Positions 62,019 through 64,000 of a DNA stretch of 64,000 nucleotides are shown here, in pieces (the stretch's first letter is position 1; each line of letters starts with the position of its first letter). The DNA is from Deltaproteobacteria bacterium (GTDB taxonomy: Bacteria > Myxococcota_A > UBA9160 > SMWR01). The notes beneath the pieces were generated by a model that was not told the DNA's origin, did not search any database, and saw nothing but the letters and a program-made list of their open reading frames with translations. Location of the stretch: positions 1 through 64,000 of the forward strand of contig JAQBHB010000051.1 of assembly GCA_032128115.1 (NCBI GenBank), read 5' to 3'. The position numbers and the translations under genes were made by a program.

Positions 62019-63082
62019 GCCCTCCTGCCCATACGGGCGACAACTCTTCCCCTCCGCCGCGGTCGAGGTCCCGTTCGCGGGAGCTGGTGCTGGGCACGCT
62101 GCTGGCCAGCGTCTCCCTGGTCGTGCTCTTCGGGGCGATCGAGGTCGGGCTGCGCGTCTATCACGGGGTCAAGCAGAGGGCGGCCCTGGATCGCCTGCCT
62201 CCGCTGTCCGAGCGGGCCGTGGTGCCCAGCGAGGACCCGGATCTCCTGTTCGAATTCAACCCCGGCTTCCGCAAACAGGGCTTCAGCGTCAACTCCCTGG
62301 GAATGGCCGACGAGGAGGTGTCTCGCGACAAGCCGCCGGGAACCTTTCGCATGGCGTTCGTCGGGGATTCGGTCTCGGCGAACTTCGGACTTCGACCGCG
62401 CCCCGAGATCTACCTGGAGCTGCTGGCGGATCGGTTGAACCGTCGCGCCGACGGGGCGCTCCGCTTCGAGAGCCTGAACTTCGGCGTCAACGCGTATTCG
62501 ATCCTCCAGGGGCTGCGCATGGCGCAGACCCGCGCCCTCGGGCTCGACCCGGATCTGATCGTGGCGCAGTTGAGTCTCAACGATCCCCATCCCTCCGACA
62601 CGGACTACGCGCGCGTGGCGCCCATGCATCCCCTGCGGCTCCGCAACCTGCTGTTCCGGGTGGCCCGGCCGGATCGCTTCTGGGGCTACTACTTCGTCGA
62701 CCGGAACTACGACGACCAGGGCTGGTCCCACGTGCGCCGGGGCATGCAGGGCTTCGCGGCGCTGGCTCGCGTACGCCCGGTGCTGGTGGTGCTGTTTCCC
62801 TATCTTTACGAGCCGGGCTATCGCGACTGGGGCTACGCTGCGCTCCACGCCGGATACCGGCAGGAGGCCGAGGCTGCGGGAGTCGAGTTCGTGGACCTGC
62901 TGGGGAGCTTTCGCAGCGCGGGCCTGCTGGCCGAGACCTGGCCCACGGACCCCCTGCACCCGGACGCCGAGGGTCACGCCGTGGCGGCCGGGGTGCTGGA
63001 GTCCGAGCTCGAGGTCCGGGGCTGGCTCCCGCGGGCGGCTGAGCGCAACCCGGGTGAAACCGCGTCCGAGACTCGCCCGTGA
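62015..63082 (+). CDS. Membrane-anchored SGNH/GDSL hydrolase family protein
   Basis: N-terminal TM (E.GLR), NSLG, FVGDS (block I), NFGV.AY, LND, DPLHP...GH (block V); GTGA overlap with the CotH gene. Confidence 0.85.
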   Translation: MSPPAHTGDNSSPPPRSRSRSRELVLGTLLASVSLVVLFGAIEVGLRVYHGVKQRAALDRLPPLSERAVVPSEDPDLLFEFNPGFRKQGFSVNSLGMADEEVSRDKPPGTFRMAFVGDSVSANFGLRPRPEIYLELLADRLNRRADGALRFESLNFGVNAYSILQGLRMAQTRALGLDPDLIVAQLSLNDPHPSDTDYARVAPMHPLRLRNLLFRVARPDRFWGYYFVDRNYDDQGWSHVRRGMQGFAALARVRPVLVVLFPYLYEPGYRDWGYAALHAGYRQEAEAAGVEFVDLLGSFRSAGLLAETWPTDPLHPDAEGHAVAAGVLESELEVRGWLPRAAERNPGETASETRP

Positions 63083-63201
63083 TTCCTTCGGTTTCCAGCG
63101 GAGAGCCGGGCTCCGGACGGGTCTGGAAGCTGACCTCCGGGGGCGGTTTCCCCTTTCCGTCGGGCTCAGGCCCCGTCAGAATGGGGGAGGGGAGGCAGCG
63201 G

Positions 63202-64000
63202 ATGCGGCGGCTGGGGATGGGATTGTTCGTGCTGGCCTGGACGGTCTTGCTGGCGCCGGCGGCCCGCGCCGCTCCGTGCCCGAACTGCTTCGCCGTCTTC
63301 CTGATTCCCGACACCCAGTGGTACACGTGGGCAGGCACCTTCGGCACCACACCCGCCGATCACCTGGATCTGGTGACGCGCTATGTCTGCGCGAACCGCA
63401 CGTCCTGGGCGGAGCCCAGCACCGGCAAGGAGATGCCCATCCTGATGGTGTTGCAGGGGGGCGACATGATCCAGGGTGGCACGGCCGCAGCCGTCGCGGG
63501 CCAGTGGGATGTGCTGAGCGACGCCTTCGACAACCTGGATGCCTGCAGTCCGGTGGTTCCCTACGTGCTGGCCATCGGCAATCACGAGACCGAGCCTCGC
63601 AACTTCTATCAGGCTTCGACGACGAGCTTCCAGGATCACTTCGGCGAGGGTCGCTGGGCGAGCTATGCGTGCTCGGATCCCAGCGACTGCGATTGGGATG
63701 CCGGGGAGTGGTTCGTGGGCGGCGGCGACACGGTGGTGGCCAACTCCCGCAACAACATCGACGACTGGGAGGCGGTCCTCACCAATGTCGTGGACGGACT
63801 CTTCGTTCCAGGCGACACCATTGAGTGGGGAGTGGACGGCGTGGGCGTCGTCCAGGCCTGGCAGAACGGCGCCAAGCGCCTGAATTTCTACAAGCTCTCG
63901 GGTTCGGACCCGGTTCTCACCGACATCGTCACCACCCAGGGCGGGGGCGCCAGCGGAGAGATCGCTTCCGGTCTGGTGCTGGAATTCACCGGAACCGGCC
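63202..64000 (+). CDS. Secreted calcineurin-like metallophosphoesterase (partial; runs off the window)
   Basis: Manual translation: signal peptide MRRLGMGLFVLAWTVLLAPAARA, then LIPDTQWY, LQGGDMI, LAIGNHE motifs; GGAGG RBS upstream. Not in the ORF track because no stop lies inside the window. Confidence 0.72.
   Translation, partial: MRRLGMGLFVLAWTVLLAPAARAAPCPNCFAVFLIPDTQWYTWAGTFGTTPADHLDLVTRYVCANRTSWAEPSTGKEMPILMVLQGGDMIQGGTAAAVAGQWDVLSDAFDNLDACSPVVPYVLAIGNHETEPRNFYQASTTSFQDHFGEGRWASYACSDPSDCDWDAGEWFVGGGDTVVANSRNNIDDWEAVLTNVVDGLFVPGDTIEWGVDGVGVVQAWQNGAKRLNFYKLSGSDPVLTDIVTTQGGGASGEIASGLVLEFTGTG

Noticed and set aside
59420..63082. 1220-aa plus-strand ORF suggesting a large SGNH fusion
   Set aside because: The portion before GTG 62015 is an Arg/Gly/Pro-rich off-frame read of the CotH gene.
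25070..64000. Glycan locus as a mobile genomic island
   Set aside because: No integrase, transposase, tRNA attachment site or obvious compositional shift was visible by eye.

Overview
GC-rich bacterial genomic window. Gene content and order suggest a Myxococcota/deltaproteobacterial lineage, which is an inference and not tested. Positions 1-25 kb are mostly housekeeping genes: partial clpB, two tandem HtrA/DegP proteases, galK, thiS-thiG-thiE, alr, purH-purD-tsaC-DUF1015-DUF721, the rpsP-khpA-rimM-trmD-rplS operon, yraN, mtnP-apt-mtnA, rsmI, ligA, and a cytoplasmic histidine kinase with a sigma54 response regulator. Positions 25-64 kb are a large surface-glycan locus with many strand switches. 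It holds a GDP-heptose pathway (gmhA, hddA, gmhB, hddC-like), wecB, manA, two Wzx-like flippases, six glycosyltransferases, two sulfotransferases, three methyltransferases, an AsnB-type amidotransferase, an acyltransferase, two heparinase II/III-like proteins and a membrane AlkP-superfamily enzyme. The best candidate for an undescribed system brackets this locus. It opens with a DUF4956 membrane protein plus a VTC (polyphosphate-polymerase-like) gene, and near the window end lie a membrane-anchored CotH-kinase/beta-helix fusion, an SGNH protein and a secreted metallophosphoesterase. Together these suggest a polyphosphate-fuelled extracytoplasmic phosphorylation module for the glycan (hypothesis). 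Also seen directly in the sequence: a three-copy REP-like element with co-varying hairpins at strand-switch junctions, many in-frame micro-duplications, a 1-nt frameshift in a CgeB-type glycosyltransferase, a probable CTG start for thiE, and several leaderless-type promoters. No rRNA, tRNA, CRISPR array or transposase was recognised. All family calls come from motif recognition by eye, not database searches.
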